From the NCBI GenBank assembly GCA_964394405.1, contig CAYMVY010000001.1, forward strand, positions 494,633 to 558,632: DNA of 64,000 bases, in the 5' to 3' direction. The DNA is from an uncultured Gammaproteobacteria bacterium. GTDB lineage: Bacteria; Patescibacteriota; Patescibacteriia; Magasanikbacterales; UBA922. Shown one piece after another: positions 26,830 through 37,173 of this stretch. A program made the position numbers and the translations under genes. The notes under the pieces were generated by a model, which worked only from the letters and a program-made list of their open reading frames with translations, was not told the DNA's origin and made no database searches. Numbering within the stretch: the first letter of the stretch is position 1; each line of letters opens with the position of its first letter.

Positions 26830-27774
26830 ATGCGGATTTTGGTAACGGGCGGAGCTGGCTTTATCGGGTCGCATTTGTGTGAAAAATTGCTCGAAACAGG
26901 TAATTCAGTCATCTGCGTTGATAATTTTTTGACAGGCTCACGTGATAATATTGCGCATTTGTTGAAAAAAAAGAACTTTTCTCTCATTGAACATGATATC
27001 ATTGAACCCCTTTTTATTGATGAAAAAATAGATCAGGTCTACAATCTGGCATGTCCGGCAAGTCCGATTCATTATCAGCATAATTCAGTCAGAACCATCA
27101 AAGCAAATACAATTGGCATGATTAATGTATTGGGTATTGCGAGGAATCATGGTGCTCGAATTCTGCAGGCATCAACGTCAGAGGTTTACGGGGATCCAAT
27201 AGTCCACCCGCAGGTAGAGAGTTATCGCGGAAATGTGAATCCAATCGGACCTCGTGCATGCTATGATGAGGGAAAACGATGTGCCGAAACACTGTGTTTT
27301 GAATACCACCGTATGCATGGAATGGAAATCAAGGTAGTGCGTATTTTCAACACCTATGGTCCACGCATGGCATTTGAAGACGGGCGAGTCGTATCCAATT
27401 TTATTATCCAAGCGCTTAGTGGAGAAGAGATTACGATTTATGGAGATGGAATGCAGACAAGAAGTTTTTGCTACGTCGATGATTTGGTCGATGGGCTCAT
27501 ACGAATGATGAATAGTTCGGGAGAATTTTTGGGTCCAGTCAATCTAGGAAATCCCACTGAATTTACGATTGCGGATCTGGCTGCTATTGTTCTCAGACTC
27601 ACCAATTCAGAGAGTACACTCACACACAAAGCATTGCCAGAAGATGATCCGCAACAGCGCCAGCCCGATATCACATTGGCAGAGACAAAACTGGGGTGGA
27701 AACCAACCGTATCACTCGAAGAAGGGTTGCAAAAAACGATAGAAGATTTTAGGAGACGCAAGACTCGTGTATGA
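26830..27774 (+). CDS. uxs: UDP-glucuronate decarboxylase (UDP-xylose synthase), SDR family.
   Basis: Motifs present: [20 protein letters not shown] ... [12 protein letters not shown] ... [20 protein letters not shown] ... [10 protein letters not shown]. Confidence 0.8.
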   Translation: MRILVTGGAGFIGSHLCEKLLETGNSVICVDNFLTGSRDNIAHLLKKKNFSLIEHDIIEPLFIDEKIDQVYNLACPASPIHYQHNSVRTIKANTIGMINVLGIARNHGARILQASTSEVYGDPIVHPQVESYRGNVNPIGPRACYDEGKRCAETLCFEYHRMHGMEIKVVRIFNTYGPRMAFEDGRVVSNFIIQALSGEEITIYGDGMQTRSFCYVDDLVDGLIRMMNSSGEFLGPVNLGNPTEFTIADLAAIVLRLTNSESTLTHKALPEDDPQQRQPDITLAETKLGWKPTVSLEEGLQKTIEDFRRRKTRV

Positions 27775-28868
27775 AAAATCGGATACTTATTTTTTCTACC
27801 GCCTATCTGCCTATGGTCGGCGGAGCTGAAGTCGCGGTAAAAGAAATCACTGATCGATTGCCTGATTTTGAGTTTGTGATGATTACGGCAAAATTAAAAA
27901 AAGAATTACCTGATTCAGAAACAATTGGAAATATAGTAGTTCACCGCATAGGGAAGGGGAATGGATGGGATAAATATCGCCTGATTATCAGTGGATGGAA
28001 AAAGGCAAAGGATCTGGGAGTATTTGATAGTGTCTGGTCAATCATGGCGAGCTATGCTGGATTTGCTGCACTCCGCTTCAAAAAGAGAAATCCTCATATT
28101 CCATTTTTATTAACCTTGCAAGAAGGAGATAGTAGGTGGGACATATATAAGCATGTGTGGTGGTGCTGGCCATATTTCAAACAGATTTTCAAACGAGCAG
28201 ACAAAATCCAGGCAATCAGTGGCTATCTGAAGAAATGGGCAGAGTCATTGGGAGCAACCTGCGCAATTGAAGTGGTCCCCAATGGAGTTGCGATAGAAAC
28301 TGCGTTGCCAGAGAACGCTCACGCTGATGTAAAACGAGTAATTACTGTTTCTCGTCTGGTAAAAAAGAATGGATTGGAATATTTGATCCGAGCCATGAAA
28401 ATAGTAAATGAATATCAGCCTCAGCCCATTGTATTGAAAATAATCGGCGATGGTGAATTGAGAAATAAACTGGAAACATTGGGTAAAAAATTGGGAATCG
28501 CGGATCGATTCGTGATTACCGGCAGTGTCTCGTATCGGGAAGTATATGAGCGTCTAGCTCAGGCTGATGTATTCGTGCGCCCTTCGCTATCAGAGGGTCT
28601 GGGAAATGCATTTCTCGAAGCCATGGCTATGGGAGTGCCGGTCATTGGCACTCGAGTAGGTGGTATTCCTGATTTTCTGAAAGATGGAGAGACCGGATGG
28701 TTTTGTGAATCAAAAAATCCAGAGAGTATTGCAGAAAAAGTGATGTATGTTCTCGATAAGAAAAATAAGGCAGTGGTAGAGAAGGTGGTGCACAATGCGA
28801 GGGAATTGGTGCGACGAATCTATTCGTGGGAATTAATTGCTGAACGAATGAAACAATTATTTGTATGA
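27771..28868 (+). CDS. GT4 family glycosyltransferase.
   Basis: The N-terminus reads [21 protein letters not shown]. The C-terminal motif is [34 protein letters not shown] 4-bp ATGA overlap links it to the upstream gene. Confidence 0.8.
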   Translation: MKNRILIFSTAYLPMVGGAEVAVKEITDRLPDFEFVMITAKLKKELPDSETIGNIVVHRIGKGNGWDKYRLIISGWKKAKDLGVFDSVWSIMASYAGFAALRFKKRNPHIPFLLTLQEGDSRWDIYKHVWWCWPYFKQIFKRADKIQAISGYLKKWAESLGATCAIEVVPNGVAIETALPENAHADVKRVITVSRLVKKNGLEYLIRAMKIVNEYQPQPIVLKIIGDGELRNKLETLGKKLGIADRFVITGSVSYREVYERLAQADVFVRPSLSEGLGNAFLEAMAMGVPVIGTRVGGIPDFLKDGETGWFCESKNPESIAEKVMYVLDKKNKAVVEKVVHNARELVRRIYSWELIAERMKQLFV

Positions 28869-29965
28869 AATTATTGATTGCAGCTGACATTTTCCCACCA
28901 GAGTCAGGAGGACCAGCCACCTACGCAGTCACGCTTGCAAATGAGCTCACTAAGCAGGGAGTTGGTGTTAGAATTGTGTCGCTTAATCCAAATTCTGATA
29001 AGAGTAAAGTAAATTGCAAAATATCTTCTGTTTGGTTTAAAAATAAGTTATTACGTTATTTTAACTATTTTGTTCTACTTTTTATTAATGCTATTGGTGT
29101 AAACACTGTCTACGCAATGGGGCCGGTGAATGCAGGTTTACCCGCTTGGATTGTGGCACGTATTTTGAGAAAAAAGTTTGTAGTTAAGGTCGTAGGTGAT
29201 TATGCATGGGAGCAGGGACAAGTGTCTGGAGTGATCAAAGATTCAATTGATGATTTTCAGAAAAAAAATTACGGGGGAAAAATTGGAAGATTGAAAAAGA
29301 TTGAGACTAGTGTAGTAAAAAATGCTGATGCCGTTATAACTCCATCAAAATATTTAAGAAAGATCGTAATAGGGTGGGGGGCGAATGAAAATAGCGTTGA
29401 GGTTATTTATAATGAAGTAGAATTTATAAAGGGTAAGCCAATAGAGCATTCTGGCGAAAACTGGTTGATCTCTGTGGGTAGACTAGTTCCATGGAAAGGC
29501 ATGGATACCTTAATTGAAGTTATTGCTGAAATTTGTAAAGAAGCTCCAGAGTGGAGATTAAAAATCGTTGGTGACGGACCAGAGATGGAAAATTTGAAAA
29601 AGAGAATAATAGATACAAATTTGACACACATTGTTGAGTTAACCGGTAATCTTTCTAAAGAAAAGACATTATCCTATATTGCCTCAGCTGATGTTTTTAT
29701 TTTAAATAGCAGTTATGAAGGGTTATCACATGTTATAGTAGAAGCAATGAACCAGGGGGTCCCAGTATTGGCAAGTGACGTAGGGGGAAATCCTGAAAGC
29801 GTAGCGGATGATAATCTATTTAAATACAACAATAAAGAAGAGATTAAAGAGAAAATTATGCGATTTAGTCATGTGGGTAAGAGAGGGAGCATACAGCATA
29901 ATTTTAAGTTGGGTGGATCTAAGCGCATGATAGACGAGACAAAAAAACTACTAGAGAATCTATGA
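28865..29965 (+). CDS. GT4 family glycosyltransferase.
   Basis: The N-terminus reads [21 protein letters not shown]. The C-terminal motif is ILNSSYEGLSHVIVEAMNQGVPVLASDVGGNPE. Confidence 0.8.
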   Translation: MKLLIAADIFPPESGGPATYAVTLANELTKQGVGVRIVSLNPNSDKSKVNCKISSVWFKNKLLRYFNYFVLLFINAIGVNTVYAMGPVNAGLPAWIVARILRKKFVVKVVGDYAWEQGQVSGVIKDSIDDFQKKNYGGKIGRLKKIETSVVKNADAVITPSKYLRKIVIGWGANENSVEVIYNEVEFIKGKPIEHSGENWLISVGRLVPWKGMDTLIEVIAEICKEAPEWRLKIVGDGPEMENLKKRIIDTNLTHIVELTGNLSKEKTLSYIASADVFILNSSYEGLSHVIVEAMNQGVPVLASDVGGNPESVADDNLFKYNNKEEIKEKIMRFSHVGKRGSIQHNFKLGGSKRMIDETKKLLENL

Positions 29966-30924
29966 AAAAATTAATGATCAGTCTCGATAAAAATATTTTA
30001 CAGAAAGACTCGATTGTTGCTCGGCGCATGATTGATCATGGAAAAGAAAATGAATTATTTATTATTATTCCACACACAGAAAAGGAAAGTTTTGATTTGA
30101 GTGATAAAGTACACGTACAGTCGACTGGTGGGAATAAACTACAGCAATTTTTTCGTGTAAAGAAAATTGGGAAAAAGTTAATTAGACAAAATAAAATTGA
30201 GGAAATTACAACACAGGATCCATTCTTTACTGGTCTCCTCGGCTGGCTATTACAGAAGAAAAGTAATATCAGCCTAGAAGTACAGCTTCATGGTGATTTT
30301 TTGAATGGGTATTATGATAAACAGTGGCTCGCAAAATTTGTGTTGAAGCACGCTTCAAAAATTCGAGTAGTTGGAGAACGTATCAGACATAGCGTGTTAA
30401 AACTTGGAGTGGCAGAAAATAAAATAGTGGTAAAACCAGTACAGAATAATCCAGAATTAATTAAAAATTGGATTTCTGAAGTAAATTTAAAGGATAAATA
30501 TCCAGGATACGACAAAATCTTTTTAATCTTGGGTCGTCTAGAGCCGGTAAAAAATATTTCGTGGTTGATTAATATTTTTAAAGAAGTGGTAAAGCAGAAA
30601 AATTATTTATTACTCATTGTGGGTAGAGGTAGTGAAGAAGAGAAGATAAAAAAACAGATTATCGATGCGGGATTGGTACATAATGTGAAACTCCAAAATT
30701 GGACCGAAGAACCGTATGGGTATCTAAAAACTACAGATTGTGTTCTATTCCCGAGTCTGAGTGAAGGCTATGGGTTGGTTGCGATGGAGGCTCACCTGGT
30801 CGGTACGCCTATTATCATGAACGACGTTGGGGTTGCAAATTATGAACTCAAACCAAGTGAAAAAGTAATTATTCTGCCCACAAACGACCGGGAAGCGTGG
30901 ATTAAGGCAATTCTTTCAATATGA
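29962..30924 (+). CDS. GT1/GT4-like glycosyltransferase (GT-B C-terminal domain).
   Basis: The C-terminal motif is LFPSLSEGYGLVAMEAHLVGTPIIMNDVGV. Confidence 0.65.
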   Translation: MKKLMISLDKNILQKDSIVARRMIDHGKENELFIIIPHTEKESFDLSDKVHVQSTGGNKLQQFFRVKKIGKKLIRQNKIEEITTQDPFFTGLLGWLLQKKSNISLEVQLHGDFLNGYYDKQWLAKFVLKHASKIRVVGERIRHSVLKLGVAENKIVVKPVQNNPELIKNWISEVNLKDKYPGYDKIFLILGRLEPVKNISWLINIFKEVVKQKNYLLLIVGRGSEEEKIKKQIIDAGLVHNVKLQNWTEEPYGYLKTTDCVLFPSLSEGYGLVAMEAHLVGTPIIMNDVGVANYELKPSEKVIILPTNDREAWIKAILSI

Positions 30925-31835
30925 AACGAGCGCTCATAACCGGAATTAATGGCTTTGTAGGATCATATCTTGAAAAAGAATTAGCTCTTCATGGGTACAG
31001 CGTTTTTGGAATGGGGAGAGAAGATGTGCAGAAATCGCATTATTTCCATGTTGATGTGACTGAAGAAAAAAAAGTACATGATGCAATACTGGAGATCAAG
31101 CCAGAATATATTTTTCACCTTGCTGGAATCGGAGTTCCTGCGGTTGCTGAGAAAGATCCAGAGCTTGCGTATAAAGTAAGCGTATATGGGACAAAGCATG
31201 TACTTGAAGCCGCAACGAAGCTTGAACATACTCCAAAAATTCTGGTCACCGGCACTGCACAGGTGTACGGAACGCCAGAGTATCTCCCCATTGATGAAAA
31301 GCATCCACTGAATGCTAAGGGGAGCTATGCAGTATCGCGTCTGGATCAGGAAAAAGTGGTAGTATCATATAGTTCAAAATTACCAATGGTGTTGACGAGA
31401 AGTTTCAATCATACGGGGCCTGGGCAATCTGATGATTTTGTAATTCCAAAAATCCTGAAGCATATTGCAGAAATCAAGAAAGGAATTCGTGAGTCAATTG
31501 AACTGGGAAATATTGAAATAAAACGCGATATTTCGTATGTCGGTGATGTTGTTTCTGCATATCGATTATTGCTCGAACAAGATGCATTTTGTGGTACCGT
31601 AAACGTGTGTAGGGGAGAATCTATCAGCTTGAAAGAAGTGGTAGAATATGGTAGAATTCTGGCCCAGATGGAAGAGATTCCGATTACCGTCAATCAAGCG
31701 TTTATTCGAGCACATGACGCCCTTGATCTCTATGGGGACGCGACGCTACTCCACTCAATTATTTCGTGGAAACCACGTGTAAGTTATAAGGATTTGCTTG
31801 AAAAAATTTATCAGTATTGGTATTCAATTGTATAA
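30921..31835 (+). CDS. rmd: NAD-dependent epimerase/dehydratase, a GDP-4-dehydro-6-deoxy-D-mannose reductase (Rmd)-like enzyme.
   Basis: The Rossmann motif is ALITGINGFVGSYL. It lies directly upstream of gmd and has a YxxxK SDR catalytic region. The specific substrate is inferred from gene context. Confidence 0.55.
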   Translation: MKRALITGINGFVGSYLEKELALHGYSVFGMGREDVQKSHYFHVDVTEEKKVHDAILEIKPEYIFHLAGIGVPAVAEKDPELAYKVSVYGTKHVLEAATKLEHTPKILVTGTAQVYGTPEYLPIDEKHPLNAKGSYAVSRLDQEKVVVSYSSKLPMVLTRSFNHTGPGQSDDFVIPKILKHIAEIKKGIRESIELGNIEIKRDISYVGDVVSAYRLLLEQDAFCGTVNVCRGESISLKEVVEYGRILAQMEEIPITVNQAFIRAHDALDLYGDATLLHSIISWKPRVSYKDLLEKIYQYWYSIV

Positions 31836-31841
31836 CATTGT

Positions 31842-32828
31842 ATGAAAAAAGCGTTTATCACGGGTATTACTGGGCAAGATGGTTCATATTTGACTGAACT
31901 ATTGCTTGAAAAAGGATATGAAGTACATGGCATTGTTCGGCGCACGAGTACTGTGGTGCGTTCTCGTTTGGAAAATTTACTACCAGAGCATCAAGGAAAA
32001 GATCTGTTCCTTCATTATGGGGATCTTGCTGATGGATCGAATATTGCACACCTCTTATATACCATCCAGCCAGACGAAGTATATAATCTTGCAGCCCAGA
32101 GTCATGTACGCATCAGTTTTGATATTCCGGTATATACCGCAGATGTGACTGGGGTCGGTGTGGTGCGTTTGCTTGAAGCAATTCGCGATACAGGTATCAA
32201 AGCAAAATTTTACCAAGCCTCAAGTAGCGAAATGTTTGGAAAAGTCCGTGAAACTCCTCAGACTGAACTCACTCCTTTTTATCCCCGAAGTCCATATGGG
32301 TGCGCCAAAGCATTTGCGCACCATCTGACTGTCAATTATCGAGAAAGTTATGGAATTTTTGCGTGCTCTGGAATTTTGTTCAATCACGAATCGCCTCGTC
32401 GTGGTGAAAATTTTGTGACAAGAAAGATTACCAAAGGTGTTGCTGAAATTGCACAAGGAACGAGAGAGAAATTACTGCTCGGCAATCTTGACGCAAAACG
32501 AGACTGGGGATACGCAAAAGAATATGTAGAAGCAATGTGGCTCATGCTCCAGCAACCAGAACCAGATGATTATGTGATCGCGACTGGCGAAACACATTCA
32601 GTCGAGGAATTTGTAAAAGAAGCATTTCGTGTTATAGGAATAGAAGATTGGCAGAAATATATTGGATTTGATGAGAAATATCTGCGCCCCGCAGAAGTAG
32701 ATCTATTGATCGGGGACACAGCAAAAGCCAAACAGAAACTAGGTTGGGAACCAAAAGTAAAATTCAAAGAACTTGTGCAGTTGATGGTAGAAGCTGATAT
32801 CAAAGAGCTCCAGACACGCACGCACTAA
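31842..32828 (+). CDS. gmd: GDP-mannose 4,6-dehydratase.
   Basis: Motifs present: [34 protein letters not shown] ... [10 protein letters not shown] ... [51 protein letters not shown]. Confidence 0.9.
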   Translation: MKKAFITGITGQDGSYLTELLLEKGYEVHGIVRRTSTVVRSRLENLLPEHQGKDLFLHYGDLADGSNIAHLLYTIQPDEVYNLAAQSHVRISFDIPVYTADVTGVGVVRLLEAIRDTGIKAKFYQASSSEMFGKVRETPQTELTPFYPRSPYGCAKAFAHHLTVNYRESYGIFACSGILFNHESPRRGENFVTRKITKGVAEIAQGTREKLLLGNLDAKRDWGYAKEYVEAMWLMLQQPEPDDYVIATGETHSVEEFVKEAFRVIGIEDWQKYIGFDEKYLRPAEVDLLIGDTAKAKQKLGWEPKVKFKELVQLMVEADIKELQTRTH

Positions 32829-32836
32829 ATTCTTCT

Positions 32837-34060
32837 ATGAGCACCCAGCCACAGTCAAAAAAAATTCTTGTGGTAACCCCCCGGTTTCCATATCCAGAGG
32901 CGGGTGCGTGCCAACAAGATCGTGCGGAAGGAATTAGACAATTGAAGCGTCTTGGTTTTGATGTCCGTGTGCTTACCAAAATATTTGATTGGCAGGATCC
33001 AGAAACAATTAAACAGGTGTGGAAGAATGAAGGTGTGGTCGTTGGGACTGTTCCGTATAAATATCAGCGCCTTTCAAAAAAGGAAAAAATCAAAATGGCA
33101 CTCCGGTTTGTATTTCGTCCGTGGCTTCTCGATTCCTCGACCTATGAATACCGGGATCCTGAATTGCAAAAACTTCTTACTGACGAACTAGAACATTTTA
33201 CCCCAGACTATGTCTGGTTTGACTATACCTATACCTGGCCATTATTTTCATTTGTTGAGAAAAAGGGGATTCCAGTTATTTTTCGCAGCATTACCTACGA
33301 AGTTGATAATTTTTTGGAAGAAGATGGGAAAACGCTGTTCAATTATGTGAAAGCATTGCCAAAGATGTATTCTGAACGAAAGGCAACCAAAGAAGCTGAT
33401 GTTGTATTCGCGATCACTCCTCGTGAACAAAAAAAGTACCAACAATTTCGAAAACAAGGTGTATTTGTCTTGCCACTCCGATCTCTGCATAACAAATTGG
33501 GAACCCATACTCCTCGTACGACTGACGTCTTACACATTGTCTACTCAGGGTCTACGTTTTCAGTCGAACACAATTATCGAGCGCTCAAATTTATTCTGAC
33601 TGAACTTGCACCACATGTATTGCAGGATCTTAAAAAAAAGTACATTTTTCATATCACGGGCGCCAAATTTCCAGAAGAATTTCAATCATATCTGAACGAG
33701 AGCGTACGATATCATGGATTTGTGGATGATCTTGAAGCTTTTTTGAGAGATATGGATATTGCGCTTGCTCCTTCATTCTTCGGCGCAGGAATGCAGCAAA
33801 AAATTTTTGAACCAGTTTCAAGAGGATTCCCGACCGTTACACATATGCGCGGTCTTGCTGAGTATCCTGTTATATCTGGAGAAGATGTACTGACTGGTGT
33901 TGATGCTGATTCATTTTGTAAGGAACTTGAGAAATTACAATCGTATGAAAGTCGAGTCTCATTATCGCAACATGCAAAGGAAAAAAGCAGAACATTATTT
34001 TCTCGTGAGGTGATTGATAGAATTGTACAAGATGCGATGAATAGCTTGAAAAAAATATGA
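32837..34060 (+). CDS. Glycosyltransferase (GT-B fold, GT4-like).
   Basis: The N-terminus reads KILVVTPRFPYPEAGACQQDRAEG. The size is right for the family, the gene is in the cluster, and the C-terminal domain is GT-B-like. Confidence 0.55.
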   Translation: MSTQPQSKKILVVTPRFPYPEAGACQQDRAEGIRQLKRLGFDVRVLTKIFDWQDPETIKQVWKNEGVVVGTVPYKYQRLSKKEKIKMALRFVFRPWLLDSSTYEYRDPELQKLLTDELEHFTPDYVWFDYTYTWPLFSFVEKKGIPVIFRSITYEVDNFLEEDGKTLFNYVKALPKMYSERKATKEADVVFAITPREQKKYQQFRKQGVFVLPLRSLHNKLGTHTPRTTDVLHIVYSGSTFSVEHNYRALKFILTELAPHVLQDLKKKYIFHITGAKFPEEFQSYLNESVRYHGFVDDLEAFLRDMDIALAPSFFGAGMQQKIFEPVSRGFPTVTHMRGLAEYPVISGEDVLTGVDADSFCKELEKLQSYESRVSLSQHAKEKSRTLFSREVIDRIVQDAMNSLKKI

Positions 34061-35088
34061 AGCGAAATCTACTAATTATCACCCAAGTGCTTGATGAGGC
34101 GGATTCAAATCTGGGATTTTTTTGTCGCTGGGTCACAGAATACGCGAGTCAGGTAGACCAGCTCTATGTGATTGCGCTTCGGGTGGGTACCTATCATGCG
34201 CCGAGCAATGTCACTGTACTATCTCTTGGTAAAGAGGAGGGGAATAGTAGAATCAAACGATTATGTTTGTTTTGGAAATATTGCTTGGTATATGGCCGCA
34301 AAGCCACTGCAGTATTCGCGCACATGTGTCCTGAATATATTCTCTATGGCGCATGGCTACTTAGATCCAAGAGACGCAAGCTCGGGCTCTGGTATTTGCA
34401 CAAATCTGTCACTTTGAAATTGAAATTGGCAGAAAAAATGGTTGATTACATCTTCACCGCACACAGTGATGGAGTCAAGGCACATTCAAAAAAAATAGTA
34501 GTGACTGGACATGGTATTGATCTTGATCTTTTTTCTTTACCACGAACAGCACATACTTCATCTGATTCGATTCGTCTGCTTACCGTCGGTCGTATTACGC
34601 CGAGCAAGGATTTGCTTCTTCTGTTGAGAGTTGTTAAGATGTTACATAGTTCAAATCAAGGAAAATTTACACTGGATATTGTGGGGGATGCGTATCTTCC
34701 ATCTGATCATGCCTACCTCAAGTTACTTCATGAGGAAGTCAGAAAATTAGAAATTAACGATAGTGTACGCTTCGTAGGTAAAACTCCTTATACTGAATTG
34801 CCAAAGATATATAGAAACGCGGATATATTTGTAAGCGCGAGTAAAACTGGTGGGATTGATAAGGCAATCCTTGAGGCTATGGCAAGCGCGTGTGCGGTAA
34901 TTACTTCCAACGAAGCATTTCGGAGTATTCTGCCCGCTGAGTGTATATTTGAAGAAGGGTCTGTGGAAGATGGTGCTTCTAAAATCAAAAATTATAAAAG
35001 CATTGATCGAGAGAAACTACATGAATATGTGATTCATGAGCATTCTCTCGAAAAAAGCGCAGCGAGTGTACTTGCGCAACTATTTTAA
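34057..35088 (+). CDS. GT4 family glycosyltransferase.
   Basis: The C-terminal motif is VSASKTGGIDKAILEAMASACAVITSN. Confidence 0.7.
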   Translation: MKRNLLIITQVLDEADSNLGFFCRWVTEYASQVDQLYVIALRVGTYHAPSNVTVLSLGKEEGNSRIKRLCLFWKYCLVYGRKATAVFAHMCPEYILYGAWLLRSKRRKLGLWYLHKSVTLKLKLAEKMVDYIFTAHSDGVKAHSKKIVVTGHGIDLDLFSLPRTAHTSSDSIRLLTVGRITPSKDLLLLLRVVKMLHSSNQGKFTLDIVGDAYLPSDHAYLKLLHEEVRKLEINDSVRFVGKTPYTELPKIYRNADIFVSASKTGGIDKAILEAMASACAVITSNEAFRSILPAECIFEEGSVEDGASKIKNYKSIDREKLHEYVIHEHSLEKSAASVLAQLF

Positions 35089-35100
35089 AAACGTTTGCAT

Positions 35101-35808
35101 ATGTACCACACTGTTTCTATCGTTATTCCTGTGTATAACGAAGAAAAGACAATTGAAGCAATTGTAAAAAAAGTTTCAGAAGCTTCTGTTTTGGGACTCA
35201 AAAAAGAGATTATACTCGTGAATGATTGTTCAAAAGACAAAAGTAGAGAGGTCCTGGAATCTCTTCAAAAAACTCGTGATCTCCGTGTTTTTCATCAGGA
35301 GATTAATATGGGAAAAGGTGCGGCGCTCCATCGTGGATTTGCAGAGGCAACTGGGGATATTGTAATTATTCAGGACGCTGATCTGGAGTACTCACCAGAC
35401 GAGTATGAGGTACTTTTGCGACCAATCATTGATGGTGATGCAGACGTAGTCTATGGATCACGTTTTCTTGGTAGTAGACCGCATCGAGTGCTATTCTTTT
35501 GGCATTCAGTAGGTAATAAATTCTTGACTCTGTTATCAAACATGTTTACGAATTTGAATCTTACTGATATGGAAACATGTTACAAAGTATTTCGTCGGGA
35601 GTTGTTACAAAAGATTCATCTGAAGGAGAGACGTTTTGGATTTGAACCAGAATTTACTGCAAAAATTGCACATATACCAGACATACGTATATACGAAGTC
35701 GGTATTTCATATCGGGGGCGAAGTTATAAAGAAGGAAAAAAAATAAACTGGAAAGATGGTTTCAGGGCAATTTATTGCATTATAAAGTACGGTATTATAA
35801 AAAGATAG
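35101..35808 (+). CDS. GT2 polyprenyl-phosphate (dolichyl-phosphate-like) hexosyltransferase of the DPM1/ArnC/GtrB type.
   Basis: Motifs present: [18 protein letters not shown] ... [10 protein letters not shown] ... [10 protein letters not shown] ... [14 protein letters not shown] (DxD). Confidence 0.8.
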   Translation: MYHTVSIVIPVYNEEKTIEAIVKKVSEASVLGLKKEIILVNDCSKDKSREVLESLQKTRDLRVFHQEINMGKGAALHRGFAEATGDIVIIQDADLEYSPDEYEVLLRPIIDGDADVVYGSRFLGSRPHRVLFFWHSVGNKFLTLLSNMFTNLNLTDMETCYKVFRRELLQKIHLKERRFGFEPEFTAKIAHIPDIRIYEVGISYRGRSYKEGKKINWKDGFRAIYCIIKYGIIKR

Positions 35809-35823
35809 GCAACCGTAAACGTT

Positions 35824-37170
35824 ATGTCATTTGTCTCGAGGATTCGGTCACTCCCAACCAAGAGCTTATTACTGGGCATTCTCGTGGTCTCTTTTTTTAT
35901 TACACTTAGTTACGCATTTTATTTTCGGATTCATCCTGTTGTTGACGCTCAGGCATATGATCAGATTGCCATGAACTTGCTTCAGGGCTGTGGGTTCAAA
36001 GAAGACTGTTCGAATAATTTTCTGCATGATCCGGCAATCACTCGGGCGGGTCCTGCGTATGAATTTTTTCTTGCTGGAATATATTATATATTTGGGCATC
36101 AGTACGAGGTAGTGTGGATTATACAAGCACTTCTTCATGTACTTACTGCATACATGCTTTACCTAAGTGCAAAGCGCTTGTTTGTGGAAAAAGGAGAAAA
36201 AATAGGTTTGATTGCTGCTGCAATAATTGCGTTTCATCCAGACCTGATTGAAATAGCAGCAATGCTCATGACAGAAACATTTTATCTGTTTTTTGTTTCG
36301 CTATTCATATATTTATTTGCTCGAGTATATAGAGATCCTGCGAATTCATTTCTTTCTATTGTGCTTGGAGTGATAACAGGCCTGGCGATTCTCAGTCGTC
36401 CGCCGGTGATGTTATTTGTCCCAGTGGTGCTATATCTATACTTCACGAAGAAGCTACTTCGACAGGGTTTGGTATTTTGTGTCTTTTTACTACTCACTCT
36501 AACTCCGTGGACAATACGTAATTACCGAGTGTTTGATACGTTTATCCCGACCACGTTGATTGGTGAGTATAATTTATGGGTGGGGAACACGCTTGAGAGC
36601 GATGGGGGGCAGCTAAGCGAAGGATTTAATCCTGTAACCCATTATGGCGAATTTTATGGATTTGCAACATTAAAAGACGAGGCAAAACGTCAGTTTTTTG
36701 ATTTTGTCTTTACACATCCAGGACGTTTTATAGAGTTGTGTGTGATTCGTTTTATGACCTATTTCAGTCTGATCCGTCCGATGGGGTTCTGGTTTTATCA
36801 GACGGGCATTTCGCAAGCTACATTTGTGGCTGTATCAGGTATTTCAATTGCTGCCCTTTTTATTCTCGGCTTTGCGGGGCTGGTGCAACTTTTTCGAGAG
36901 AAAAAAGCACTCTATTATTATGTCATTGTCCTCACGCTTACTGCGCCCATTCTTCTCATTCCGACCGTGGTGCAGTCACGGTATCGTTTCCAGATTTATC
37001 CATTTCTCGCACTAAGTGCTGCGTACCTACTTGCACGTTATACAGGTGAGAGAAAGTCTGCACGCTCAGCCATTATCATGACCATGGTAGTACTTGGCAT
37101 AATTACACTGTGCGATGTCTTTATCTTTCGAGAAAGTATTATTGAACATATCAATATATTATTTCCTTAG
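35824..37170 (+). CDS. GT-C fold membrane glycosyltransferase, ArnT/PMT-like (GT39/GT83, PMT_2 type).
   Basis: It has about 11 transmembrane helices. The first extracytoplasmic loop motif is AQAYDQIAMNLLQGCGF. It is paired with the upstream DPM1-like GT2. Confidence 0.65.
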   Translation: MSFVSRIRSLPTKSLLLGILVVSFFITLSYAFYFRIHPVVDAQAYDQIAMNLLQGCGFKEDCSNNFLHDPAITRAGPAYEFFLAGIYYIFGHQYEVVWIIQALLHVLTAYMLYLSAKRLFVEKGEKIGLIAAAIIAFHPDLIEIAAMLMTETFYLFFVSLFIYLFARVYRDPANSFLSIVLGVITGLAILSRPPVMLFVPVVLYLYFTKKLLRQGLVFCVFLLLTLTPWTIRNYRVFDTFIPTTLIGEYNLWVGNTLESDGGQLSEGFNPVTHYGEFYGFATLKDEAKRQFFDFVFTHPGRFIELCVIRFMTYFSLIRPMGFWFYQTGISQATFVAVSGISIAALFILGFAGLVQLFREKKALYYYVIVLTLTAPILLIPTVVQSRYRFQIYPFLALSAAYLLARYTGERKSARSAIIMTMVVLGIITLCDVFIFRESIIEHINILFP

Positions 37171-37173
37171 ACT